From a virus (taxonomy: Duplodnaviria; Caudoviricetes), in the IMG/VR virus record IMGVR_UViG_3300005670_000019: a stretch of 64,000 nt of DNA; one strand, 5' to 3'. The notes beneath the pieces are model-generated. The model saw nothing but the letters and a program-made list of their open reading frames with translations, did not search any database and was not told where the DNA came from. Each line of letters opens with the position of its first letter. Position 1 is the first letter of the stretch. Below, piece after piece: positions 48,498 through 57,177 of the stretch. A program made the position numbers and the translations under genes.

Positions 48498-48781
48498 TTT
48501 ACTTCTCCAAAGTTTTCATGATAGACTTCATGAAGAACATCACCGAAAGCATGATGAATTTCCTGCTCTGAAAGAAGCTCAACAATTTGGTCTGTTGATA
48601 AACTTGTTCCAAGAGAGTTTCCAATTCCAGAAATCACTTTCTTCATTGAAGACATCAAAACATTCCTTGCTGTTGCATGGTTCATTTGGTAACCAGCATC
48701 AGTCATGAGTTTAGCAATCTGACGGAAGTCATTACCTTCGGTCAATGTCACGTATTTTTTACTTTTAGTTTCTACGGTCAT
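48494..48781 (-). CDS. small HTH protein resembling sigma region 4.2
   Basis: EGNDFRQIAKLM...NHATARNVLMSSMKKV. Confidence 0.55.
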   Translation of the reverse strand: MTVETKSKKYVTLTEGNDFRQIAKLMTDAGYQMNHATARNVLMSSMKKVISGIGNSLGTSLSTDQIVELLSEQEIHHAFGDVLHEVYHENFGEVK

Positions 48782-48788
48782 ATCATTC

Positions 48789-49412
48789 TCACAATTTGAA
48801 CTTTTTTGTCAACCAGTTTCCAATTCGAACTTTCAAATCTTTGGTAACGTCTTTGGCTGCGCTCTTTATGGTATCTTTCAACAAATCACCAGCAGCTTTC
48901 AAGTCTTGTGCAACATTTGATTTTGGTTCTGGTGTTTGTTCTGGTTCTTTGAACCCCGAGAAGTCCAACGATTCAAGTTCTTGATCAAGGTTTTCTTTTA
49001 TGTCCGATTGACCTTTTCCAGAAAGAACATCTTTCAAGGGCATTTGAGTTGTTGGTAACATCTTTGGATTTGCCCTCAATAGGTCACCAAGTAAAAGACT
49101 TGCAGGAGTAGGAATGAACAAAGCGTTTGTTACTCCGCCATCAGTAACGTAAAATGAATTCTCAGAACCAATGTCTCCAAGTTCTTCAAGAACCTTTTCT
49201 TTGAAAAGAGCCGGAAATTCTCCGGGTTGAAGCTTCATCTTGTCCTTGTGTTCATAAGCAACACGCCAAGTTTCTGACTTCTCTTTCTTTTCTTCTTGTG
49301 CATTTAGATGATGCTCAGTTATTTCAAGAAGGTCTTCATCATCAAGTTCTTTCTTGGCAAGAATAGAGAAAAAAAGTTTGTCACTGTATTTCTTTAGACT
49401 ATCTGAATTCAT
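48789..49412 (-). CDS. hypothetical protein coupled to the sigma gene
   Basis: 207-aa ORF, 4-nt overlap. Confidence 0.65.
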   Translation of the reverse strand: MNSDSLKKYSDKLFFSILAKKELDDEDLLEITEHHLNAQEEKKEKSETWRVAYEHKDKMKLQPGEFPALFKEKVLEELGDIGSENSFYVTDGGVTNALFIPTPASLLLGDLLRANPKMLPTTQMPLKDVLSGKGQSDIKENLDQELESLDFSGFKEPEQTPEPKSNVAQDLKAAGDLLKDTIKSAAKDVTKDLKVRIGNWLTKKFKL

Positions 49413-50137
49413 TTATTCTCCTTGTCGTTCTTTAGACTATTTGGAACGTTTTTGATAACATCAAATCTTAGAAGTAAGATTGATAACTCTCTTTTAGTTA
49501 GAGAAGAAATCGCGGACTTCATAGCTGTTCTAACAATGTCTCTGTCTGGAAGAATGTCAAGACTGTCATTGTCTAATGATATTACTTCTTTCAATGTGCA
49601 GTTTTCATCATCTGCATAGTAAGATTGATCAAGAGAAAGTATGTTTTTTGTTTTGGATGCTGCCAAAACATTCCGTCTCATACTTTCACTAATCTCTTCG
49701 CCTTCTTGAAGTTTTTCAATTGCTTCATCCAGAGATGAATTCTCATTCTTCATCTCTTTAGCAATTTTACTTTGAGCTGCTCTGACATGAGAGGGAATTT
49801 TGATGACCTGAGAGGGATCATGGTTCATGATGTAGTTGTTGACTGCTTGTCTAATCCACCATGTCGCATATGTGGAGAACTTGAATCCACGAGAAGGATC
49901 AAATCCCCTAATTGCATCCATCAATCCAAATACACCCTCTTGAATAAGATCATCTTTGTGTTTCTCAAATGTCTTTTTCGAATAGTATTTGTTGATAATG
50001 AATGTAATCAATGGTTGATTGCGTTTTATGATTTCATTTCTAACTTTCAAACTTTCATTCTTCTTGAATTCAAGAAAGAGGTCTGCGTCTGCCATGTCAG
50101 AAAATTCATTTTTCGGGGATACTTTTTCAATAATCAT
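49409..50137 (-). CDS. sigma70-family sigma factor lacking region 4.2
   Basis: DLIQEG..GL..AI..FDPSRGFKFSTYATWWIRQAV; SLD; LTKRELSILLLRF, then ends. Confidence 0.88.
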   Translation of the reverse strand: MIIEKVSPKNEFSDMADADLFLEFKKNESLKVRNEIIKRNQPLITFIINKYYSKKTFEKHKDDLIQEGVFGLMDAIRGFDPSRGFKFSTYATWWIRQAVNNYIMNHDPSQVIKIPSHVRAAQSKIAKEMKNENSSLDEAIEKLQEGEEISESMRRNVLAASKTKNILSLDQSYYADDENCTLKEVISLDNDSLDILPDRDIVRTAMKSAISSLTKRELSILLLRFDVIKNVPNSLKNDKENK

Positions 50138-50155
50138 TCACTGTCTCCATGTCTC

Positions 50156-50184
50156 ATGTTAGCCATTTTGACCAACAATTTCAA
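50156..50184 (-). promoter_or_regulatory. TTGAAA-N17-TAACAT promoter of the sigma gene
   Basis: exact 17-nt spacing; same consensus as other promoters in the window. Confidence 0.65.
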
Positions 50185-50210
50185 CAACAATAATTTTAGA
50201 TTATTGAATG

Positions 50211-50495
50211 TCAAGAAAAAATGTTTTGAAATTTTGCATCAAACTCTTCTTTGTCCATTTGGAGGGCTTCATGCGGTTCTCCATTTTTCGAAAGATACCA
50301 AGCGGCATACTGGTCGACAAAACTCTTTTCTGCCTCTGAGAGTTCTCTATTTTCGAAGTCAGCCAACACACCGAGGAAGAGCCCTTCTTCCGTTCGAATC
50401 GCAATCGTATTCTTTTTTATATGAACATATTTGATTGGTGTTAGCCCAACACAACGAAGCAAATACAAATTGTTCTTGTAAGTAACAATCTTCAT
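50211..50495 (-). CDS. hypothetical protein
   Basis: probable start MKIVTY after GGAGG. Confidence 0.55.
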   Translation of the reverse strand: MKIVTYKNNLYLLRCVGLTPIKYVHIKKNTIAIRTEEGLFLGVLADFENRELSEAEKSFVDQYAAWYLSKNGEPHEALQMDKEEFDAKFQNIFS

Positions 50496-50576
50496 AACCC
50501 ACCTCCAAAAAGAATAAAACCTTTGGAGGCAAGCCCCAAAGGTCAAATACTTGAACTGTTTCCGTCGTCCATGACT

Positions 50577-50759
50577 CTAAATATCTTTCTTTCTCAATCT
50601 ATTTGCTTGCTCTTCACAAATAGCTGTAAACATCTCAGCACTTTCTTTGAAATTCTTCGAAAGAAACAAAGGAACCAAAGCATTTCTCAAATCTGGATCA
50701 AGGCGATCCATCGCCGCAATCAAAAGAGTGTTTATGTCTTCTTCGTTTTTTATATCCAT
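50577..50759 (-). CDS. hypothetical protein
   Basis: 60-aa ORF, SD GAGG. Confidence 0.5.
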   Translation of the reverse strand: MDIKNEEDINTLLIAAMDRLDPDLRNALVPLFLSKNFKESAEMFTAICEEQANRLRKKDI

Positions 50760-50760
50760 T

Positions 50761-51264
50761 TTACCTCAACAGTTGGAAATTCTTATTGAAAAACTCTTCA
50801 ATGACTCCGTCCCAATCTTCCTTTGCTTCTATTGTATCAGTTGTTGGAAGAGAAATCTGGCAATATATCAAATTACACTTTGGTGTTAGGCATTTCAAAA
50901 ACAAAGAACGACCTAGAATTTTTTGCGTTTTCTCAATCTCTGTTTCAACTTCAATTAGGTTTCGAAGTTCGTTGCCCGTAAGTCGAACAATACGAACTTC
51001 ATATACAAGCCCAAGATAAACAAGGTTTTTGTACTTTTCTTTTTTCTCTTCTTTGATGGGGGTGTGTGGAGCAAGTTTTAGAGTATTCCAATATTGAATT
51101 GGGGTTATGTTTACAAATACCTTACCAATCTCAAAAAACGGATGGTCTTCTTTTTCATAGAAAGCTTCATGGTGGTATGTTGAAACATCAAGACTTTCCA
51201 TAATTCGGATTGTCTCAATATCAAAACTTTCATCCAAGACATTCAAGTATTTTGTCAATCTCAT
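50761..51264 (-). CDS. hypothetical protein
   Basis: 167-aa ORF. Confidence 0.5.
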   Translation of the reverse strand: MRLTKYLNVLDESFDIETIRIMESLDVSTYHHEAFYEKEDHPFFEIGKVFVNITPIQYWNTLKLAPHTPIKEEKKEKYKNLVYLGLVYEVRIVRLTGNELRNLIEVETEIEKTQKILGRSLFLKCLTPKCNLIYCQISLPTTDTIEAKEDWDGVIEEFFNKNFQLLR

Positions 51265-51607
51265 CGCAAAGCTCTTTATTCTTAGAGCTTGCCGCGCTTC
51301 TTCTCAGAGATTTTAATTTTTCTTTGGCTTCGTAATGTTTCTTGGTTTTGTTTTCCAAATCTCCAAGAACCTTTTTTACGCCTCCGAGCAATGTAAGACC
51401 ATCGCAATCCATGCCTCTTTTTGAAAGTTCCAAAGTGGCAGCTCTAATCTGATTTCGCTGGAAAGCGTTTTCATTGGATAAACGAACAATTACTTCATCA
51501 TCCGTCCCAAGTTCTTTGCGCTGCTCAACATTCTTTGCTTCTGCATTACCAGGGAAAGAAGGAAGCATTGACTTTCCAGCCATATCAATAAGTATGATGG
51601 AAATCAT
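51230..51607 (-). CDS. hypothetical protein
   Basis: 125-aa ORF, coiled coil. Confidence 0.5.
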   Translation of the reverse strand: MISIILIDMAGKSMLPSFPGNAEAKNVEQRKELGTDDEVIVRLSNENAFQRNQIRAATLELSKRGMDCDGLTLLGGVKKVLGDLENKTKKHYEAKEKLKSLRRSAASSKNKELCDEIDKILECLG

Positions 51608-51615
51608 GCAAAAGG

Positions 51616-51650
51616 AAAAAACAAAAACGAGAGGAGTTGCCTCCTCTCGT
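51616..51650 (-). terminator. intrinsic terminator after the AAA ATPase
   Basis: ACGAGAGGAG-4nt-CTCCTCTCGT followed by a T-run on the minus strand. Confidence 0.8.
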
Positions 51651-51712
51651 CTTATTCACAAACAACCTATGTTGGTAAGCGGCTTTAGAGTGCCCCGCAG
51701 CCGCTTTTCAGT

Positions 51713-52945
51713 TCACTTACCTTCGGGAGCCTTCTTCGCGGACGGGCGAACCACGTTCACGAGGTGATCCTTACAAAGCGGCTGGAGCAAGAGAACCAAG
51801 TCTCGACGCGGAACCAGCGGCATGTAATAGGTCATGAAAAGCTCACCCGGAAGATCCTTGAGGAAGAGCGCGAGCTGCTCGACCTGCTCCTTCGTCACCG
51901 GACGCTCCTTCTTGGTCTTTGCATCCGGCTTCGTCAGGTAAGAAACGACCTTTTCGCCGCACTCACCGAGACGGTTGACCGTCGTATTTCCGAGCTTCTT
52001 CTTTGCCTTCTCCCAATCGCGCAGGATTTCCTCGGCGGAAACCTGACGGTCACGAGTCTTGCAGAAGTTGGTGAACTTGATTCCAGCCTCGACGCCGACC
52101 ATAGCCGTTGCCATGACGTAGAAAACGTGATTGTCCGGATGCTCGTAAAGGTTTGCTCCACGAAGCTGCTCGTCCAAACGGATCCAGGCACGGCGGTCCG
52201 GATACTTCTTCATCGGCTCGAACACACCCTTGTGCTCCAAGAACTGCTCGTTCTGACGAATGAACTCGATCAAAGCCTGATCGACCTGAATGCTTTCTGC
52301 GTACTTGATCCACTCGCTCGGAGTCGGATCCAGCTCGACCGTTGCGGTACGCGAGATTTCTGCCGGGTCCTGCTGCTGGACCGTGTACTCGTCGCCGACG
52401 TTCTCAGCCACGAAGACTCGCGTTCCCTCGTGAAGCAAAAGGCTGTAATAAGCCTTGCTGTCAGCGATCTGGAAGACTGCCTGCTTCACCTGCTCAAGAG
52501 CACGGTTTCGCTCGTCGAGGAAAAGAACGACCGGAAAGTCGCTCGCGTTCACGAGCCAATCGACCGGCTTGTAAGCCGTTGCGTGCTCACCGGAAGGACG
52601 AACCTCCATGAAAGGAAGACCGATCATGTCACCTTCCGTCATCTGCGAAAGACGACGCTCGACGACGGGAAGACCAAACTCGTACTTCCAGATTTCCGAG
52701 TTGTTTCGCTTGAGGATCTTCACGACCGAACGCTCCTTCGAGAGCGCCTTCGTTACCTTCGCGCAAAACTCGGGATCCTTGTACGCCTCGTGTCGGAGGT
52801 CTGCTGCGACCTGATAGACACCTTCGGACTTACCGACAGCGTGTCGACCACGAATACAGATGGAGATATCCGGCGAAAGGGTCTTCGCCATCTGCTTGAG
52901 CGATTCCATGGAAACGGTGATTGCTAGAGAGTTGTTATTTGCCAT
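51713..52945 (-). CDS. MoxR/dynein-related AAA+ ATPase
   Basis: Walker A GRHAVGKS, RLSQMTEGDMIGLP, Walker B LFLDERNRA, DPAEISR, PDRRAW. Confidence 0.85.
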   Translation of the reverse strand: MANNNSLAITVSMESLKQMAKTLSPDISICIRGRHAVGKSEGVYQVAADLRHEAYKDPEFCAKVTKALSKERSVVKILKRNNSEIWKYEFGLPVVERRLSQMTEGDMIGLPFMEVRPSGEHATAYKPVDWLVNASDFPVVLFLDERNRALEQVKQAVFQIADSKAYYSLLLHEGTRVFVAENVGDEYTVQQQDPAEISRTATVELDPTPSEWIKYAESIQVDQALIEFIRQNEQFLEHKGVFEPMKKYPDRRAWIRLDEQLRGANLYEHPDNHVFYVMATAMVGVEAGIKFTNFCKTRDRQVSAEEILRDWEKAKKKLGNTTVNRLGECGEKVVSYLTKPDAKTKKERPVTKEQVEQLALFLKDLPGELFMTYYMPLVPRRDLVLLLQPLCKDHLVNVVRPSAKKAPEGK

Positions 52946-53026
52946 TTTATTCCTGTTTTTGGTTGTTTGTGTTTGTTGTTGAGGACAGTGCCTCGTCGTA
53001 GTTCGTTATCGTGTCTCGATGTATTC

Positions 53027-53055
53027 AATGTAGCAGGGTTGGAGTCGATTTTCAA
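53027..53055 (-). promoter_or_regulatory. TTGAAA-N17-TACATT promoter of the AAA ATPase
   Basis: CTTGAAAATCG core identical to the early promoters. Confidence 0.75.
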
Positions 53056-53085
53056 GGTTATTTTCAAGAAAACTTTGGAAAATGG

Positions 53086-53448
53086 TTATTGGGTGCGGTG
53101 CGCGACTTGGGACCGACCCACAAACTTTACTTCTTCTCCATCCACAAAATACCGGAAGCGTTCGCGAACATTGTAAAGTGTGAATAGCTTGTACTTGATT
53201 TCAATATCAGTCGAAAGGTCCAAAACGTGAAGGACTCTCTTCGTTAGTTGAAGGACAAGAAAAGTTCGGGGATTTTCTTTTGAAATTCGAAAACTTTTCA
53301 AGCTTCGAAAATCCGGAAAAGGAAAACTGACATTTCCAACTGGAACCATTTCACCCGAGACGTCACGTACAATGTCCTGCACAGAAATCACAAAAAGAGA
53401 ACCATTCTCAATGGGACGGTCGGGTTCGATTCTTGAAATAATTCTCAT
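53086..53448 (-). CDS. hypothetical protein
   Basis: 120-aa ORF. Confidence 0.55.
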   Translation of the reverse strand: MRIISRIEPDRPIENGSLFVISVQDIVRDVSGEMVPVGNVSFPFPDFRSLKSFRISKENPRTFLVLQLTKRVLHVLDLSTDIEIKYKLFTLYNVRERFRYFVDGEEVKFVGRSQVAHRTQ

Positions 53449-53498
53449 TTTGTCTTTCTGAACCTATGAGTGGAAGATAACCAATTAGAGTATGTCTA

Positions 53499-53693
53499 TC
53501 ACTCAGACGCGCGATGAATAGAAATCACATGTCCGCAACATGGAAGTTTCAGGGTCCACGAATAGAAAGTTCGAGCTCCCTTGTAACCAATCATGTGCTT
53601 CTTAGCTTCACCATAGTTGTATGACACGGTTGATCCGCATTTGTCGCAAACCACCGAAGCGTGTTGATCCCCAAGTTTTGTTACTGTTGCCAT
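53499..53693 (-). CDS. small zinc-ribbon protein
   Basis: CDKCG...PCCGH. Confidence 0.55.
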   Translation of the reverse strand: MATVTKLGDQHASVVCDKCGSTVSYNYGEAKKHMIGYKGARTFYSWTLKLPCCGHVISIHRASE

Positions 53694-53965
53694 ATATTTC
53701 TCAATTTGTTAGCTGTGGAAGTTCGCGCGAATATATATCCCTCCGCAAGGAACAGAAGGAAATGATAAATGTCACCTCCTCGAATGTCAATCGTGCGTAG
53801 AATCTTTTCCGCCTTTTCAGCTTCTTCACCTACAGTCTGCTTGATTAGGTCGATGATGAAATCCGAGTCGATGAAATGGCTCGTCCCATCCACCACAATC
53901 TCCCAATGCTTAGTTTCGAGATTCTTTTCCTCGAAGAAAACCTCAAAAAATTCTTGACTCGTCAT
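53681..53965 (-). CDS. hypothetical protein
   Basis: 94-aa ORF. Confidence 0.6.
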   Translation of the reverse strand: MTSQEFFEVFFEEKNLETKHWEIVVDGTSHFIDSDFIIDLIKQTVGEEAEKAEKILRTIDIRGGDIYHFLLFLAEGYIFARTSTANKLRNIWQQ

Positions 53966-53986
53966 TTCAGTGTACCTCTTTCAGAG

Positions 53987-54466
53987 TCACGACGGAACAA
54001 TTTCCGTCGTGATTCCTTCCTTTGCAAGTTTTGCCGAATAGATCGATGCTGCGCGAGAGTCCAGTACAAAAGGAAGGTGAAGGTTTTCAAGTTTGTGAGA
54101 AATAATAGCCTCCATGAGGTCACGGGCGGCATGTACATCACCCCGACGGGCGACGTGCTCCGAAAAGAGTGGTTCGATTCGGACTGCAATCATAGAAATC
54201 TCACGAAGAAGTTCCACTATCCTTAGAATGTCATGTCCATTGTCGACATGACGAACGAAAAGTCGCATGCATCCCTGGTCACGCACAACGGGCTTCGTCG
54301 TCTCAACAGGAACCTCTCCAGGCTCAAGAACCTTTTCACAGAGGCTCTTGACCATTTCAAAAACGACTTCCATCAGAGGAGCGCCTGCTGGCTCTGGAAG
54401 CTTGCTGAGACTTTCGAGAGCTTCCAGAAGGTTTCGAAGCTCGCTGATCTGATTGTCATACTTCAT
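53987..54466 (-). CDS. hypothetical early protein
   Basis: 159-aa ORF, coupled. Confidence 0.6.
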   Translation of the reverse strand: MKYDNQISELRNLLEALESLSKLPEPAGAPLMEVVFEMVKSLCEKVLEPGEVPVETTKPVVRDQGCMRLFVRHVDNGHDILRIVELLREISMIAVRIEPLFSEHVARRGDVHAARDLMEAIISHKLENLHLPFVLDSRAASIYSAKLAKEGITTEIVPS

Positions 54467-54651
54467 GATGATTTCTTTCGATTGGATTGTTCTGTGTACA
54501 GAACAGAGAGAGCTTCGTACAGCGCGTTAGCTTCCATGCCAACAAGTTTTGGGTCCCGAGTATCCAGCTCGGACTCGATAAACTCGACGAGTGCCGTAAG
54601 CGTGGAAATCCGCTCTTCAAGCTCTTCGTCTGTCATCGAGTTAGCGTACAT
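54463..54651 (-). CDS. hypothetical early protein
   Basis: 62-aa ORF. Confidence 0.55.
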   Translation of the reverse strand: MYANSMTDEELEERISTLTALVEFIESELDTRDPKLVGMEANALYEALSVLYTEQSNRKKSS

Positions 54652-54656
54652 TGGTT

Positions 54657-54911
54657 TCAGTCCCTTGACATGAAAGATTGCCAGACACGCTCGATGGACG
54701 GTGCCTCACGCGCTTCCTGAATTTGGAGAGCCATGCGAGCAATGACACTCGCTCCAAAAAGGACACCGCAGAAGGACACCGAAGCTGTCGTTCCCGCTCC
54801 AGTGAAGGCGAGCGCGAGCTGATTGACGAGAGCCCACACAACCCAACCACCACCGAAGAGAATGAGTTGCGACACAGCGAAAGCGACGACGAAAAGAAAA
54901 AGGCGTTCCAT
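54657..54911 (-). CDS. small two-TM membrane protein
   Basis: two hydrophobic helices. Confidence 0.55.
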   Translation of the reverse strand: MERLFLFVVAFAVSQLILFGGGWVVWALVNQLALAFTGAGTTASVSFCGVLFGASVIARMALQIQEAREAPSIERVWQSFMSRD

Positions 54912-54953
54912 GTTTTGTTCCTACGTGAAGGATTGTTCTGACTACGTTGTTTT

Positions 54954-55202
54954 TCAGAGTGTGGAGATTTCCAGAACGGTGATCTCGGTGTACTCTTCCG
55001 AGCGAAGACGCTTGTCCGTCTCCGAAATAAGATGACCGTCCTTATCGAGGCGAGCCTTCGAAACGCGAACCTCCGAAGGGTCCCAATGACGGTATGCCTC
55101 GTCGAGCCGGTTCCACTCACGAATGACGACACGCGTGTCGTCATCCAATCCTTCGATCAACTCTCGAAGCTCACCAACCGTTACCGTTCTGTCGTATGCC
55201 AT
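54954..55202 (-). CDS. hypothetical early protein (TV.EL...L..L..D type)
   Basis: TVGELRELIEGLDDD, similar to 57827..58090. Confidence 0.6.
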   Translation of the reverse strand: MAYDRTVTVGELRELIEGLDDDTRVVIREWNRLDEAYRHWDPSEVRVSKARLDKDGHLISETDKRLRSEEYTEITVLEISTL

Positions 55203-55217
55203 GTTTTGTTCTTCTGT

Positions 55218-55442
55218 TTAGTGTTCGTTATTTTCATCAAAAAGGTTGAACAGACATGCCTGTTCTCCGCGAGGAGTGTGGCTCTCCGTCCATTCCTTCA
55301 AATTTTCGAAGCGATCCTTTTGACGCGCGACTTTCTCCAACGCGTCCGCAAGTGCAGCTTCTAGCTCGCGTACCTTCGCGGACAGAGCAGCGATTTCTTC
55401 CTCAGAAACAACAATAGGACCAACGATGGTATTGAGAGACAT
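55218..55442 (-). CDS. hypothetical coiled-coil protein
   Basis: probable start MSLNTIVG. Confidence 0.55.
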   Translation of the reverse strand: MSLNTIVGPIVVSEEEIAALSAKVRELEAALADALEKVARQKDRFENLKEWTESHTPRGEQACLFNLFDENNEH

Positions 55443-55447
55443 GATGT

Positions 55448-55828
55448 TCACTTCCCCTTCGAGGCACGGGTCTTCTTCTTCGAGGTACACTCGACGTTCA
55501 GCTCGGGAGCAAGCTCGGCGATCAGAACCTTCTCGCGAGCGTGGGCGTCAGCCTTGCCACGAACCTTTTCGAGAAGCTCGATCGTGAAGTTTTCGGCACC
55601 GTGGGTGCGGAAAGCCTCGTGAAGAAGGTACGGACGAAGCTCCGTGAAGGCGTGGTGCATGTGCTTCTGCCAGCGACGCTTGAGAGCGTACGCGACCGAA
55701 CGCGAGGGCATCGCAGTGATGCCGATGTAACGCTCGCCCGTCACCAGGCACGTGATCAGGTAGATCACGTGGTTCCGGTCGGTGCGGACCTTACGCTTGC
55801 GGCTGGTGCTCTTGCTTCCCTTATCCAT
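55448..55828 (-). CDS. GIY-YIG nuclease
   Basis: VIYLITCLVTGERYIGIT...RW..H...RE...LN. Confidence 0.85.
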   Translation of the reverse strand: MDKGSKSTSRKRKVRTDRNHVIYLITCLVTGERYIGITAMPSRSVAYALKRRWQKHMHHAFTELRPYLLHEAFRTHGAENFTIELLEKVRGKADAHAREKVLIAELAPELNVECTSKKKTRASKGK

Positions 55829-55834
55829 GCTCTA

Positions 55835-55870
55835 ACCATAACATGTCCGGAACCGATTTTCAAGAAATGC
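55835..55870 (-). promoter_or_regulatory. early promoter TTGAAA-N17-TATGGT (leftward)
   Basis: -10 element lies 6 nt before the GIY-YIG ATG; a second TTGAAA-N17-TAGGAT sits at 55920-55892. Confidence 0.8.
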
Positions 55871-56214
55871 ATGTCGAATTATGGATAACCCATCCTAGCC
55901 GAAAAAGAAGGGATTTTCAAGCAACAATTCCCCGGAAAAACAGGGCAATTATACTTAGTTTTTCCTCTAATTTTACGAATGGTACATAGTGTACCATTTT
56001 TGCACAGTTGGACCCATTTTGTACAGCTTGACTGGAATTCCAATTTGGCTGTAATTCCATCGTGGCTGGAATACAGTGACCTTGAATTATGCTGTCATTG
56101 GAATACAGTATACCTGTACTCCTCTGTAGTGCATGGTAACGTATGGTCATAGCCATACATTGTGCCAGGATGCATGTATGGTCAAAAAATTGTTGGGGCA
56201 TTTCTTGAAAATCG
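55854..56214. repeat. 17-bp perfect inverted repeats flanking a repeat-rich non-coding spacer
   Basis: CGATTTTCAAGAAATGC (55854-55870) / GCATTTCTTGAAAATCG (56198-56214). Confidence 0.85.
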
Positions 56215-56233
56215 ATCCTAAATGTTGTATGGT
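56198..56233 (+). promoter_or_regulatory. early promoter TTGAAA-N17-TATGGT (rightward)
   Basis: TTGAAA 56205, TATGGT 56228. Confidence 0.8.
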
Positions 56234-56259
56234 AAGAGAGTAAGGAACAGGAGAAAACC

Positions 56260-57171
56260 ATGTTCATCAAGTTTGACGACGCGTTTGCGAGTTTCCAACT
56301 TTGGCTCCGTGCAAATCCCAATGCGGCTGCCAAGCTTCCGTCGAAGTCGTTTGCTGACGCGCACGACGGTCGAGCCTTCGTGCAGAAGTACGCGAAGGAA
56401 TGGACGAACGAAATGCTCTTTGCGTACCTGCTTGTGGCAGGTTGTGCCGAGGGGTCGACGTTCAACTGTGATGACCTTGTTGCCTGCGCGACCGAATCGC
56501 AGCAGGCTTGGCTAAATGGCGGCGACAAGACTGTTCGTTATCGGTTTCAGTCTCATTGGGATGGACACAATTTCGCGAATAGCCTCGAAGAAATGAAGGC
56601 TTCGACCATTCCATACATTCAAATTCACACTACTTCCAGCCCGAAGGGTGATGCCTACGTTTCGCTTGCGAAGGTGTCCGGCGTCGCCTACGGGGTCGAG
56701 CGTGGAGTTTTCAGTACGGGCATCTTGGAGAGGGTTATTCGTGGCGAGAAGAAGCTCTTCGTTTGGAAGAGCCTTTCGGAAGAAACGGCATATTTTCGGC
56801 GTTCGGAAAACGACCTCGGCACCGATTTCAGTAAGTACATGGCTCACTGCTTCGCCAAGCTCTATCGCATTTCGCTCAAGTCGAAGCCGAAGAAGGTCAA
56901 GCCGACCGTGGTGTCGAAGGCAGTCGAATTCCACACCGATCAGATGAAGCTGCTCGCGGTAGCGGACCAGCTCGCGGTGAAGCTTCAAGCTTTCCGAAGC
57001 GACCTCGAAAATGGAAATCTCAACAAGCAAGTGGTGACGGAACTTTACTGGCAGTTCGAGGAACTGCAACGGAACACCACGGAAACCAAGAAGACGCATA
57101 AGCGTTTTGTTGGTGAAACGGCGGAGGATACGCGGAAGCTCGCGGAGGCTGGTCTTACCAGCGAGAAGTGA
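56260..57171 (+). CDS. early protein, paralog family member 1
   Basis: shares its C-terminal helical domain with 58173 and 59063. Confidence 0.75.
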   Translation: MFIKFDDAFASFQLWLRANPNAAAKLPSKSFADAHDGRAFVQKYAKEWTNEMLFAYLLVAGCAEGSTFNCDDLVACATESQQAWLNGGDKTVRYRFQSHWDGHNFANSLEEMKASTIPYIQIHTTSSPKGDAYVSLAKVSGVAYGVERGVFSTGILERVIRGEKKLFVWKSLSEETAYFRRSENDLGTDFSKYMAHCFAKLYRISLKSKPKKVKPTVVSKAVEFHTDQMKLLAVADQLAVKLQAFRSDLENGNLNKQVVTELYWQFEELQRNTTETKKTHKRFVGETAEDTRKLAEAGLTSEK

Positions 57172-57177
57172 CAAAAA

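Noticed and set aside
51764-52927. 387-aa antisense ORF over the AAA ATPase (likewise 56512..57195 over 56260..57171)
   Set aside because: Codon-aligned shadow frame, expected from GC-rich biased codons that avoid TTA/CTA/TCA; no motifs and no promoter or SD.
54160-54195. GGTTCGATTC T-arm-like sequence (also near 53423)
   Set aside because: No acceptor, D or anticodon stems; both lie antisense within plausible CDSs, so not tRNAs.
55921-56197. possible mini-CRISPR array or 203-aa ORF 55917..56528
   Set aside because: Repeats are 9-14 bp, of several different types and irregularly spaced; the ORF runs antisense across a real gene and a promoter.
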